62,048 nucleotides of DNA, filler included, from Sphacelaria rigidula (GCA_964200075.2; 8 parts of 8 records of this genome joined end to end with filler, not necessarily neighbours in it), one strand, 5' to 3'. Counted from the whole stretch's first letter, positions 1 to 12,429 are shown. Notes: a model not told the origin generated them from the sequence alone. Made by a program: numbers and translations.

Positions 1-71
1 GGGAATCGAACCCCACTACTCAACCATCAGAAGGTTATGAGGTTACCAACTGAGCCACCGGGGCGACCGGC
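1..71 (-). mobile_element. tRNA-derived SINE family 1, 5' head (cut by contig edge)
   Basis: Reverse complement reads GCCGGTCGCCCCGGTGGCTCAGTTGGT...GGGTTCGATTCCC (Pol III box A and box B). The same head starts the copies at 10576 and 40713. Confidence 0.8.
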
Positions 72-1026
72 ATCTTCGCTCTATTCCCAAATATAGGTTC
101 AACCGTTTTTATGAAGGTCAGGCGTCTTGTTCAAACAGAGTCCAAGAGAAATGCGGGCACTGATATGCCAAGATGAGAAAGTACGTTTTTGATTCGTCTT
201 TTGAGTATATTACTGGTGCCGCCCTAATGTTGTTGCACTATAATAACACAATAAGCACTCAAAACCGATCTTCAAACCAGAAACTAGGGACTGTAGAGAG
301 AGTGACTCGCGGGGGTGAAAACAGAAAACCTTTCAGTCTTCACCTCTGTGTCTCTTCATCTCTTCAATCGTACTTGCCCACCTAAGCTGTGATGTTAACT
401 CTAAAAGAACCCACTCTTCAGTCGTCGAACACACCCAACAGCTAGTTTATGCTGTACGAAGTCCAAAACATGATTGAAGGACGACCTATTTTTTTAAATC
501 TACCCTTGAACATACCCCTTCTGCTCTGACCTTCCGATCCGGAATGCAAGTTTTTCCTTCATTTTATTACGTCAACATAGAATACGTCAGTGTGCTTATT
601 GCCCGTAGCTAGAATAGTGCCCGCTTGGCCTCCGAACACCACAAAACCATCTCTGTACCCAGACGAGGATCATTTTATCATGTTTTATCCCGGTTCCCCC
701 ATGCATACGTTCGAACTAGAACTGGTTCAGTTCAAAACCATAAAGTCTCTGAGAGCTTGGCTCACCATACCTGAATGAAAAATGCGGCCGCCGGAAAACA
801 GGAAGGTGTCAAACTCCGCCTAACTCTCTGTTGAGGCGTAAAACGACGTGAAAGCTCCAAAAAGGCACTTTTCCAGAATTTTATTTTGCCTGTTGTAAAG
901 AGCGACCTTGCTGTGCAGCCCAAATCTCTGGGGACCAGACTCCCAGAAACATGATGACTTGTTTGGCCAAAATGAAAAGTGCGGCCATTGGAATACTGGA
1001 AGATCTCCTGGGACTGCCTCAACTAG

Positions 1027-1855
1027 TACGAGCTGGGCCAGCCTAGACACGAATTTAAGCTTTTAAAGCAATATCTCGTCGACACGGACGAGTTGGGCCA
1101 TGATCCGCATTTTGTATTAATCGTCCAACCAAGGGGAAGGTACCCATCTGCTCAAAAGTCTGGGCCCATATTTCTCGTTGATTAAACCCCATGTTTAGTC
1201 ATTCCTACACCTGACGGAGATACCGTCTATACTAAAATCTCTTTGGAACCCCCGATCGATGCATTCAGCGGATGACGATTTTTGGTGTGAACATTTCCTG
1301 GAGTACGGGGGGACGATAGATACCCTCACCTTCACCTAATTCGTGATTTACTCGAGATATGGCGCACATAAGTTTCCATACTAGAATCAGTATATTACAA
1401 GCAGAGGCGCTAGATGGACTCAATCTGGATATCGCGTCTCAGTCTTTGAGAGTTATGCCATAAAATTTCGTATGGAGAGCCGTTAGTGCTTAATAAAGAT
1501 CATATACAAATCTTTTTTATTCTTCATTTTTTGTTTTTCTAATTTTTTCGGGGTTTTGGGCCAGTTTTGAGGAGGAATGAACACTGTTCTTGGACCTTAT
1601 CTCAATGTTTTAGCTCAATGTTTAGAATTGTGATTTGAAACTCGAAATAAAGAACCACAGAGGAATGCTGAAAAAAAATGGTCCTTCGTTTTTTTTTTCA
1701 GAAGAGGTTCGGGCGTTCTCGTAAAAAAATGGCCGTTTCCATTCTAGAAAAATCAACCTAACCCACTTTGTTCCGTCAATTATGCTCTCAAAGTTTCAAT
1801 ACACAAACACCAAACCTGAACCGGTAAGTGGCCTGCAAAATACTGTTCCGAGTTT
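1027..1855 (-). mobile_element. Non-autonomous TIR DNA transposon family A, partial copy
   Basis: Starts TA-CGAGCTGGGCCAGCCTAGAC. It aligns by eye, as a reverse complement, with 42740-43580 and 53315-54050. Confidence 0.75.
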
Positions 1856-2544
1856 ATTCTGATCCTGTCACTAAACGTCCCACTAACCGGCCAGTATTTA
1901 GAATTGGATCCTAAAATTTGTTATAGAAAATGAAATGGGCATAATAAAAACATATATCAGTGCACACAGGAGCGCCCCCCAAAAAAGTGCGGGTCCCTAT
2001 GCCAATTTTTTTAATCCTAGGTGTTTTCGCGGGGGGGAGGGGCGGGGGGGGGGGGGGTACTACATTCCATACATGAATGAAAAAAAAAAAAAAAAAAAGA
2101 AAAAAACAAAAAAAAAAAAAAAAAAATAATAAAAGACGNNNNNNNNTATGTTAAAGAGAGAAGAAAGGAGGAAAGGAGAAAAAATTACTACATTCCATAC
2201 ATGAATGAAAAATAAAAAATAAAAAGGAAAAAAACAAAAACAAAAATAAAAAATTATGTAGAGAATAAAAAATTATCTTAATGAAGCTTTGATTCTTCGC
2301 ATACCTTCGGAGCCAAGGCCAAGTTATATTCATGAGTTTCGGCACTATATTGCACATCACACTCCCACGGCAAGAACAAGACCAGACAATTACCACAGTG
2401 ATCTGCAATGTTTGCTCAATCAAGCTAAACGCATCTATCTGCACCGCCAATTTGCGTCCAATGTTGTGGTGGCAGACAGGGCCAACAGTCATGGGCGCTA
2501 CCTCACCCAAGTCGCCCTGAAATGGCTATTTATTGAGTGTTTCT

Positions 2545-2880
2545 TACTGTCACGTTCTGTTATACCGAGAGACCCTCGCGAGGACAGGGTGCGAAAGCAT
2601 CGGGACGACAGTGAGGAAGAGGAGACTCCATTTTTCCGGTTTCATCACGCGCATGTCACCTGAACGGATACCGAAACACGTCATGTTCGGTGATATTATA
2701 GGCGTGGAGGGGCAAGGAAGAGAGTTTAACATCAGACACAAGGACTGGATCCGCTGCCTAGCAGAAGACATGAAGGCGTTCGGTATCGAATGGCAGGGGT
2801 GGACTACCAGAGCCTTGAATGCAGTAGAGTGGCACAGATGTATTGAACAGGAAGCCGAAAGGTTTATGGCGGACTGATGC
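2545..2880 (+). mobile_element. RTE-clade LINE, 5'-truncated C-terminal ORF fragment
   Basis: HVLLYRETLARTGCESIGTTVRKRRLHFSGFITRMSPERIPKHVMFG...WIRCLAEDMKAFGI...W is the typical post-RT C-terminus of RTE LINEs. It is homologous to ORF 7840-8304. Confidence 0.8.
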
Positions 2881-4677
2881 CAAAAGGATGACGCAGAGGC
2901 AGCGATACGGTACGCAAAAGCTGCAGGTCAAGATGCACCGACAGCACCTGGGACCGACAGTACCAACAGCAACTCATCATAGCCTACGCCAGATACGTAA
3001 AGCATTGTGTTTGGCTCCTATCTCTGATTTGTTCATATCTTGTTCGTGGTGGTTTTTGAGGGGAGGGGGGGGGGGGTGTCTCTCCGCGGAGCATCGGAGA
3101 AGCTCACGGAGTCAACCATGTGTGTTTTGAGGTTTCCCGCGGAAAATTATGAGTCGTGCACGAGGCCCGAGAGACGCGGGATGACCATTCGGACCAATCA
3201 CGGTCGTCGAAATGAGCACTCTTGTTACGGTAGAGGTAGACACCTGGTAGACACATTCGCTGTCTATCCTAAAATCTCATTTTGAGCATGCCAAATCAAC
3301 CACATATTGTGTAACCAAAAAGTAGGTGTTCGAGCATCTTCGGTACACTGTGTCTGTCTGTTTAGTACTGCCTGAGCGTCGTACTAGCTCCACACCTCCG
3401 TCTGGTATCAAACGCCATGGCGCAACACGCGAGCGGCGGCCACGAGTACCCGACGCACGTAGATGTAGACAAGTACGTCGACGGTGAGGCGATCGCCATC
3501 GCCGAGCACTTGCTCTACCGTAGTCAGGGGCGTTCGCGGCGGTAGTCATGGTGCGATATCCGAACGCATGCTGCGTACACTCGGCACGTTCAACACTCAA
3601 AGATCCAGTACGCTGCAGACCGCACGTGCAGTCGCGGCACGATACATTACAGACTGCACAGCAAAAGGATGAGGCGTAATAATCAGGTGGTCGACAACCA
3701 CACCACCGTCTGTGTTATGACGCAACTATGTGCCTGTTATGTACTCCCGGTCCCTTCCGCCGTAGAGTAGGCGTTTCGAGTTGTGACAAAGGAATGATTC
3801 TGAACCCAAAAAGTGTGGTGTCTATCTCAGTCTACCAGCGGGGGGGTCGCTGTCCAAGGGTTAACGAAGGGGATGATCCCCTTTTTCCAGAAGGGGATTG
3901 GCCCCATAATGATCAGTCCCGAGTCCTATCGAGAAGCAGTTTTGTACAGATTGGACCCTAGATCTGCACGCAGGTTCAGAAATGCGGCGGGTCTGGAAGT
4001 GGTCGTTAGCCCAAGGTCTGTGTAATGCTGCAGACAAGACGCAACAAGGCAACACAACACCTACACACCCAGCCCCGAAAAAACACGCACAGACACCCAC
4101 CACTCACGCGCATTAGTTTCATTGCCAGCCTTCGCTAATCTACACACGGCAGTCTTTGTTTGACGGAAATCCGTTCTGTATTAGACGAATGGCTGCGTGC
4201 CTGTCACGAACAACCGAAAAAGCGTTGTTGCTAACCGTTTTGTAAGCGTTTGCTGTGCGCGCGTCTCACACAAATCATCATTTTTCAATTAATTCTAGAC
4301 AGATTTGAGCAAGGTCACGCACATCGTGCACAGCTGATGAGCAGCTACGGCTCGAGCAGTGTGTTTCTGGTTTGCGGGGCCACCAAGTTCCTCAGGTTCA
4401 GCTCTGATTGTGTTGGGTTGTGTGGTAAGCCTTTGCATGTGTCCCTGTCAACGGAACATGTATGTTCCTTTTCAAGGTGCAAAGAAATCCCTTTTCGAAA
4501 AGGGGATTCCAGGAAGTGTTTTTGCACTGCCTGAAATCTCCTCATCAAAGGGTATTTCTCTTCTTTTCTTTTCTTTTGGAGGGGGGGGGGGGGGGTATCG
4601 CAGGGACCAATCAGCGGTCATTTTTCAAAAAGGGGATCTTCGAAAGGAGATAACCCTCTTCGATAATAAGGGCCGTA

Positions 4678-4865
4678 AGAAGGGCCCTGACAGCCCCAAC
4701 TGCCCCTCGCGTGCGCAGAACGCGTTGTCGTCAAATCCGGCGCCTGCGGCGCCGTTTTGAGGTCTGCCAACGCCACGCTTCGCCCAGGGAACGCTTGGCA
4801 CCCCCCTCGCCCGAGGGCTCTCGGTATACCTTGGGTTGGCCTTAGGGTTAGGGTTAGGGTCAGGG
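4678..4865 (+). repeat. Dispersed ~170-190 bp repeat ending in (TTAGGG)3-TCAGGG, copy a
   Basis: Homologous to 25440-25600 (+) and 24590-24760 (-). Telomeric hexamers at 4842-4865. Confidence 0.75.
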
Positions 4866-5935
4866 CAAGTGGTATTTGAAAGTATGTATTTCCGATAAAT
4901 TTCTTCATCGACCAAGTGGCAAACACTAAACACATCTCGTACTTCGAGCCAGGTAAAGATTCGAATACATTTAACCATAGATCATCGAGCCCAGTCCACG
5001 GAAAATCATACATGCCGACAACGGGACTTGGTGCAGAACAGCGTACCTTCTTCCTTCGACAGGCCACCAGGCCGTTCATCATCATGCCGACCTTGCGATG
5101 TCGGCATGGCAGGGTCCATCGTGCTGTATCAGTCGCGGTGTGTTGGTGCTGTCTGGTGCTACTGCCAGCGAGTAGTGCCCAGGTCCCCTAGCATTTTGTT
5201 GCAGCCGGCTGCTGCACGGCTGTAACCGGTTGTACTGTCTTTCGTTCGAGATTGTTGTCGTTGGCAGTTTTCCTGCGGCACACAGGGACTGCTAGAGAAC
5301 TTTTGTGAAACTCCCTATCATGCTTGAAGTTAGAAAATAGAAAGCTCAAGCACAAGGTAGGGTAGCGTCGTGTACTGGACCTCACTGAAGGTTGTCCTTG
5401 TGTTGAGCCGGCGAGAAGCGTCAATTTGTACCCGCCCTGTGGATCTTGTCTCGTTCGACCGCGGGTCTGCAAGAATGAGTAGGGACCATCTCAGGTCATA
5501 TTCCAATTTCCTGCCGAACCCTAAGCTCTACAATACCCAATACATCGCTGTTTTGTACTCGTATCAAACAGACATGCATGAATGATGCACCAATTCTCTA
5601 ATGCAGTCGTGTCGTCACGCTCGTTGGCTGATGATGCACAGATCAGAGGTAATTTTCCCGAACATCTACGTCTGTGATCAACTAAGCCTTAGCACGAGTC
5701 ATATTCTATTATAGGACAAGATGTCATTATCTAGCATTGCAAGCGCCACGCGAACGCCCTGTGGAAACTCCCTAACACCACGGCCACCGGGTTACACGTG
5801 GAGTCTGGCACACCAAGGAGGCTGCGCGTCAATTCGGAGAAACCTTTCAGGGCGAGTACAAGAGCCGGGTAGCAGTAAAAGTCGCAATACCAGTTCATAT
5901 AAAACCGTGCCGGCTCATTCTTCCGCATCTTCACG

Positions 5936-6446
5936 ATGTCGACCCGCAGCAAACTGGTGCTTCTATCCGTAGTCTCCGGTGGGCTGGTGTGGTCGCCGTC
6001 TTTCTCGGTAGAAATCAAGGAGGCGGGTAGGGTGGAGCTGAAACCAATCACAGCAGCAACAGAACAATCAGCAAGAACAGCGGCAGCTGCGTTCTTGGCA
6101 GCCAGAAGCACGGTTGCAATTTCATCGTCGGGGGCGCAGGAGCAGCAGCGACAACAGTCGGGCCGACCTGAGCAGGAGACAACACTCCGTGATACACACA
6201 AGGGTAGTGGGGCGACCACGCTTGCTGCTCCCACTGGGGGCAGTGGAAAGCAACAATCATCACGAGAGAGGCATATGGGTGGGGTTAACACTATGGACGG
6301 GGAGAACACGGTATACGTGCCGCTGACGCGTCGGGCCAGACCCGATGGTGCCGCGGTTTACGGGGTTGACGTCGGGGCTACCGGCATTGGGAGGCGGCGG
6401 CGCAGGCTCGAGGGTGATAGGGGCGGGGTAGGGATAGAGGCAGGAG
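5936..6446 (+). CDS. Probable first exon of a secreted protein (signal-peptide-like N-terminus, low-complexity linker, VYVPLTRR...RRRRRLE pro-segment-like stretch, possibly an aspartic protease precursor)
   Basis: ATG at 5936, 170 open codons, hydrophobic KLVLLSVVSGGLVW, strong donor GAG|GTGAGC at 6447. No catalytic DTG exon was found in the contig, so the product is only a guess. Confidence 0.5.
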
Positions 6447-7669
6447 GTGAGCGATGTATAGACTTTTTTTGTGCTGATTGAAATGCAATGGTGTTGTGAC
6501 TGTGTTGATGGGAGCTGTGAAAGTGTTGGCATTCTTTGCTGCAACTTTTAGTCCTAAATGCTAGGTGCGTGATACTGTGTACACAGACAGGTTCCGCAAA
6601 GTTATAGCGATTTATTTTACCTGAAAAACTAAAACGTGACGTAGCAAATGTTAGCGGGTGGAACGCATTCGATCGATAAACGTTAGTTGCTGCACCTGCC
6701 GAAACCTTCCGAGGACGGCCTGTCTGTACGAAGTATCTGCCAGCTCTCAACGGATGGCGGCGCTTCACCGGACTTATATGCTGTACTTCGAGGGCATTTT
6801 CATGGATACTTTCAATCCTCCTGAACCCCAGTCTGACAGCAAGAACAGTCTAACAGCACGGGAACGCTTAGTTGTTTTAGGTTGTGTGCTACTTACTGTA
6901 TAGAGCGCGACATATGTTGAAAATTTCTTACTTCGGGCGAGACCTGCCTCCTATGTTCTCTCCGATTACAGTAAAAATGCTCAAATCCAAATTCTTATCA
7001 TTCGAAGAGGTGCAAAACGCCAAATTCTTGAACTTGAAATTATTATACTGCAAAGACGTTCAATACGACATTTGGTTTTCTTGAGCGGCCAAAGAAAAAC
7101 CTTCACACGGTGTCTATCTCTCATAATTCACAAAATTTTCATTATAAAACGACGCTCTTCAGGACTGCAGGCATCAAAGTTGCTCTCACCCACCTTCGTT
7201 TACCATCTTACTGCTGCAGAACTGAACTGCTGTAGCCAGAACAGCCACTCAATCGACATCGTGCACGTTGGGCGTCGTTGGGCGTCATTGCTCTCCCCCT
7301 GCTGCTGACTGCCGGTTTTTTCCCGCCGGCTTCTGAATCTCCGAGCTGGCTGTTCTACCCTCCACCTCCTACTGTACCCCCCGTTTGCTTTTCGTCGTTA
7401 CGCTCTAGTAAAACCCACGTATCCACCGCCGCGCTGTTTTTCTGTGCTGTGTGCAGCTAACGGTAGCTTCGTGGTACGGACGCCTTGATCTTGTTCAAGA
7501 TGCACACGGTAGTCGTACACTTCTTTTGTGCGCGCATGATTCTTGCGAGTACCGTAATTGTGCGAGTCATCGCACACCCCCTGGACCGAATTTCAAAGCT
7601 CGATTACTCCACAACCACAAAGAGCATCAGTTTTGAACAGGGTAACGCTGGAGAGATCTCGTCGATAGC

Positions 7670-7769
7670 NNNNNNNNNNNNNNNNNNNNNNNNNNNNNNN
7701 NNNNNNNNNNNNNTTAATTAATTAANNNNNNNNNNNNNNNNNNNNNNNNNNNNNNNNNNNNNNNNNNNN
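7670..7769. other. Artificial contig linker N44-TTAATTAATTAA-N44 (same at 15439-15538, 23208-23307, 30977-31076, 38745-38844, 46513-46612, 54281-54380)
   Basis: Seven identical 100-nt spacers with a 12-mer that gives stops in all six frames, spaced 7769/7768 bp apart. Confidence 0.98.
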
Positions 7770-8510
7770 CCACTTCTCTGGATCGTCGTCATTGCCGTGC
7801 TATTTGGGCTTCGCTGGTCTCCCGTCTAATCGCACGCAGTCAACTGGCCTCCTCTTCATTCCTGTGCCATGAGGTCATGAACCTCTCCGCTCCCTGCAGC
7901 ACTCCCGCGTGCCACGGCAACCCCCCCTCCTTGTTTGCTGCTGAGGTCCATAGGGCGCTGTCAATTCCAAATGTCTGGCGGTTGTCATGCGTAGAGCCGT
8001 CTGTGGCTCCGAAAGCGTGGAGATCGTCTCTCAGGCACTTCAGCCAGTTTTGTTCCGGGCACCCTGGTCCTGGATCTTCCCCCCCGACTAGTGTTCCGAA
8101 TGCTATTCGCTTCGGTAATCGTCCGTCCGGTTGTCTGACCAGGGCTCCCGCGAACAGCAGTCGTCGTTGCCGGACGATGGCTTCGGCACTTTGGCATCCG
8201 GTCTTCTTGAGGGCCTGTGCATACGACAGCTGTCGGTATGTGCCGCGCACTCGGCGGTACCCGATCACTCGCAGGAGGACCCGGTAGTGCACCTTCCTAA
8301 GCAAGTCGTAATGTTCTACACCTTGGACAATATATGGTCAATAGTTGCAATAGACAATAAACATACTGCATAAAGTATAGGTCTATTGCGACTATCGTCT
8401 ACCGACAACAGTTGCGATAGGCCTATACTTTATGCAGTACTCTTCTCGTCTATTGCATCTATTGACCATACATTGTCCAGGGTGTGTAATGTTCACGGTG
8501 TGGGGCCCAC
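7770..8510 (-). mobile_element. RTE-clade LINE 3' fragment interrupted by a MITE
   Basis: WAPHREHY[MITE]DLLRKVHYRVLLRVIGYRR...LSYAQALKKTGCQSAEAIVRQRRLLFAGALVRQPDGRLPKRIAFG. The frame is restored when 8317-8494 is removed. Confidence 0.85.
8317..8486. mobile_element. 170-bp foldback MITE with 8-bp TSD
   Basis: Almost entirely self-complementary (TACACCTTGGACAATATATGGTCAATAG...CTATTGACCATACATTGTCCAGGGTGTG). Perfect TAATGTTC at 8309-8316 and 8487-8494. Confidence 0.9.
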
Positions 8511-9262
8511 TCTGTACCAAGTACCATCATTGCTTTACACTACAGTATAACTGCACCGTACAGTCTGTGGTATCACCCTAGTACACGGAGTACCTTGAGG
8601 TACCCAGCAGTACCTACAGACAGTGGTGTTACAGCAGCACAGTACAGTATTACTCCAGCACTCGTGCCCAGTACAGCACAGTACGGTACGGTACATGGTA
8701 TGCATGGTTCTACTTCACATATCGACACACAGCTTTGTACCTTTTGAACATTGATTTTTGAATTCGAAATCTGTGCACAGGTTCAACTACAGTGTTGTGT
8801 GTTAGGTGAAAAAAAGATACAGTGGCACTACCTGTTCGGCATTTCAAACACACTTGTCACGTCACACGTACACACAAACAGCGCAGCCGTAGTGCATAGC
8901 GGTTGGCCATACTCACGACTCACACTGACAATGGTAGTACAGTACCTTATTGGAGGTACCACATTCCAAACACACACGCATGTTTACATGTTGTGTACTC
9001 GTGCCAAGAGCACTTCAAGAATCCGGTACTACATCAGTACAACAGTAGTACAATAAAAGTATTCAGAGAGTTGTAATTGTAATTTTACACACACGCACAC
9101 ATACGCACGTATCACTACTACTAATGGTATGCACACCATACAAAAGTAGTACAGACAGTACTAGTACAAGTGTAGTGGAACCAGTAGTGAACGTCAGTAC
9201 AGTAGGGTAGTACAGACAACAAGCAGTATTCAGTGCTCTTCAGACCAATCGTTCTTCAACTT

Positions 9263-10548
9263 TTGCACGAATCAATCATACGATTCGTCCATAAAGTGTT
9301 ATGCGTACATGTTTTGGGCTCATGATTCGTGTGACATTTAATGAAACGTGGATATTCCCGCGCGTCATTCATGCGGTACACCGTCGAAGTTACCTTCTTC
9401 CTATTTTCGATTCATATGGCACGAATCATATGTACATGCCCCCCACCCTGTGATTCATGCGGCATACATCACAAGTGTATGTTCCCCACCCTTCCATCCA
9501 TACGGCATGAATCATGGTACATATTTCCCGCCGGTCATTCATGCGGCATGAACCATTGGAATACATCAAGCGTGCATTATTCCCACAGGCCGTCATATGG
9601 CATGAATCACGCTTGCGTAATAATTATGTACTTCCTACCTTCCAGTCATACGCATAAATCAAGTTGATATTTCTTCTCACATTATCCCGGCCATGAGTTC
9701 ATCAGTCAGCTTCACTCCGGTGCATGCTCCACAATTACTGTTTCATAAGCCATGACTTTCTGGAGAATTTTCCGCACCCTCAGTTTATGCGGCACGACTT
9801 GTGCACAATTTGACGAACCTCACCTGTGACAGATGATCCTCGTGTACCATACTCATCCCTCGTACTCCAGAGTATATGTATTTATACCTGTCCGCAGGAG
9901 ACAGGTTGATTAGACCATTCGGGACGAATGCATGGATGAAATGAACCCCTTGACCAAAAGGGTAGGCCATCCGAGTCGGCATCATTTTTTATATTCAACA
10001 GATGGCCTACCCCGACAGCTGAATGGTTCAGGCGCAAGAGTTCTAGAACGCAAGTCATGCGAAGAGAAAGTGCTCGGTTGTTTGCACGAATCAAGTCATA
10101 CGATTCCTATGAGGGCGGGGATTCGTTCTCGCTTCCCTCCAGTGATTCACACGGTATGAATGTATCGCATATATTTGTCACCTGCCATCCGTACGGCATG
10201 AATCATAAGTACTGAACATGATTCCCACTCGTCAAGCATACGACATGAGTCGAGCGTACACGTTTCGCAGATGTCACCCGTACAGCATGAATCAAGCTTG
10301 ATATTTCCCAGCTGACAATCATGCGCCATGAACCATGCGAGCATGTTTCCTACCTGCTATTCGTACAACATGAATCACATGTCCATGTTTCTCGTCTGCC
10401 CGTCATACGGCATGAATCATGCGTACATAATATTCCCACAAACTATTCGTGCGGGATATAATTACTCCGTACGTATATTGTTGTTATATTAGCCCAAATT
10501 AACACTTTCCCCCCCAGTCATTCCGGGAGGAACCATGATTCGTGGATA
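9263..10548. repeat. Degenerate ~42-bp minisatellite in two blocks (about 9263-9680 and 10081-10548)
   Basis: Recurrent unit resembling ATTCATACGGCATGAATCATGCGTACATATTTCCCACCGGTC. Both blocks open with TTGCACGAATCAA(G)TCATACGATTC. Confidence 0.75.
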
Positions 10549-10575
10549 CTCTTGTGCTCTGTTCTCATGTGGCAC

Positions 10576-10943
10576 GCCCCGGTGGCTCAGTTGGTAACCG
10601 CGAAACGTTCTGACGGTTCGGTTGTGGGTTCAAATCTCGGAGCGATCTGGGGTTTTTCTCACATCAAGTCTAACAGAGGAGAGCGACTATGTTGTGGGTA
10701 CACGAAATTGGACATGACCGTCGACGAGGGAAAGGGACTGCTGGACCCCTCTCGCGATAAAAAAGAAGAAGAAGGCAAGCACCGCAAAAGGAAGGTGGAG
10801 CACTAATAACAACCAAAAAAGAAATAAACCCCCGTGTTGACCTTCCTCCTGTGTGACCCCGGCTGGTGCGCCCACATATACCGAAAGGTGTAGACCGGCG
10901 CCCAGAATAAATGGGACGACAACACACACAACAACACAACTAC
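10576..10943 (+). mobile_element. tRNA-derived SINE family 1, near full length
   Basis: Box A TGGCTCAGTTGG, box B GGTTCAAATCT, ~290-bp body shared with 40349-40713, CAACA/CA-rich tail. Confidence 0.85.
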
Positions 10944-12257
10944 TTGGACGTCAACTACCCTGTTCGTAGTTCGTGCAAGTGTTGAAAATCGTGTTTCGAA
11001 ATATCGAGTATCGATCGCGATTTTTGGTAATTCCCAGTATCGGGATCGCGAGCTGGTGAGCCGATACTGTCGATACGCAAACTGGCTATCTCGGTGTCCC
11101 ACCTGCTAAAAACGGGAGGGGGTAGTGAATTAACATCATCGGTCTCCCCGTTTTCTTGCAGAAACGGCCCTTCAAAAACAGCAAAAATATGCCCAGAAAA
11201 CCACAAAACCGGTTGTTTTGTCACCTTCCGACAGTCGATACAGGATGGTTCACGCTTATCGCCCGAAATTGTGTCATAGGCAAATACCTTTAGCAATACC
11301 TACCCAATAGTCGCATACATGATATCATACTGGCCGTCATGAATAGCGGAAGAGCGTGACATAGCCAGATTTGTGTGTAAGGCTAAAGCGGTAGCGCTAA
11401 GGGCGAAAATATATATCGACCGATCAGCGCCCGTCAATTTGTTCCGAGATCAAAATTACGAATTCCAAGCCCAATTTTAACCCAATTTCCACATACTTCA
11501 GATCGTAGTAACCGTCATCGGCTCGGGAATCCAACGAAAGAAACATAATTTGAAACGGTTACAACGGGGGTTGAATTATACCCGGAACCGTGATATTTCG
11601 GTAATGTCGGGTGTTGGCGTCGTCTCATTTCCACTCATGATAAGGACGAAAGACCCAGGGAGCCTCGTGACGGTGTCCCCTACATCTGGTGTAGAAAAGC
11701 TCAAATCGCCCTCAAACTTGGCAGTTTCGTAGGTATTGATGTGCCAAATGGAACAGTTGTATTCTTGACAATATTTCAGAGTGTCTCCGTTCTCTACCGG
11801 CTTCTGGGGGTCCCAGTATGAAGACCCCCGGAAGGCGGTACAGAATGCCCCAACAGAAAAATATTAAAATTATGCGTCCGGAGATAGTCCAAGGAACACA
11901 CGTACAAAATTTGATGCAGAAATCAAAACCCTCATACAGGTTTTCTTGCCTTGACTTGAAATTCACCCAAAAAGACGTCACCACACTAAAAACAAGTAGT
12001 TAGGAGTTGCACATTTCTAGTTCACGTCCTCCACAAACGCGCAAACCTCCACGCTGTTATTAAGAGTTAGACCCTGAAATTTTGCACAAATATGCTTTGT
12101 GTCATTACGCAACTTTCTGTGGACGAGTTTTTTTTTCGCTTCTCAAGTTTACCACCGTTTCCCGGGGTCCGATGGGATCCAACTCGTTTTTCGAAGTAAT
12201 CTCCATTTTGGGACCCCGTAAAACCAGCACGACAATTTTTTTTCGACTTTTTCTTCT

Positions 12258-12429
12258 CACACCCTGGACAATATATATGGTCAATAGATGCAATAGACGA
12301 AAAGTGTACCGCATAAAGTATAGGCCTATTGCAACTATTGTCGGCCAACAATAGTCGAAATAGGCCTGTACTTTATGCAGTACGTTTCTTGTCTATTGCA
12401 ACTATTGAACATATGTTGTCCAAGGTGTG
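12258..12429. mobile_element. Second copy of the 170-bp foldback MITE
   Basis: CACACCCTGGACAATATATATGGTCAATAG...TTGTCCAAGGTGTG, collinear with 8317-8486. No clean TSD. Confidence 0.85.

Noticed and set aside
2058..2260. Duplicated TACTACATTCCATACATGAATGAAAAA with poly-A and a poly-Lys ORF
   Set aside because: It flanks a small internal N gap in low-quality homopolymer sequence and is likely an overlap artefact.
5084..5191. Short signal-peptide-like ORF MPTLRCRHGR...SSAQVP
   Set aside because: Only a weak donor (CAG|GTCCCC) and no linkable downstream exon.
7714..7725. TTAATTAATTAA recurring every ~7.77 kb as a biological periodic motif
   Set aside because: It always lies between N44 runs and is an assembly linker.
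8520..9240. CAGTA/ACTGT-rich tracts (also 12860-13090 and 17330-17590) as a structured element
   Set aside because: Cryptic simple sequence with no fixed unit or boundaries.
9263..10548. CRISPR-like array of palindromic repeats
   Set aside because: The whole ~42-bp unit is degenerately repeated. There are no constant repeats with unique spacers, no cas genes, and the context is eukaryotic.
10576..10650. Functional tRNA genes (also 1-71, 16300-16378, 21942-22015, 40635-40713)
   Set aside because: No intact cloverleaf or acceptor stem, and the four non-truncated heads continue into shared SINE bodies.
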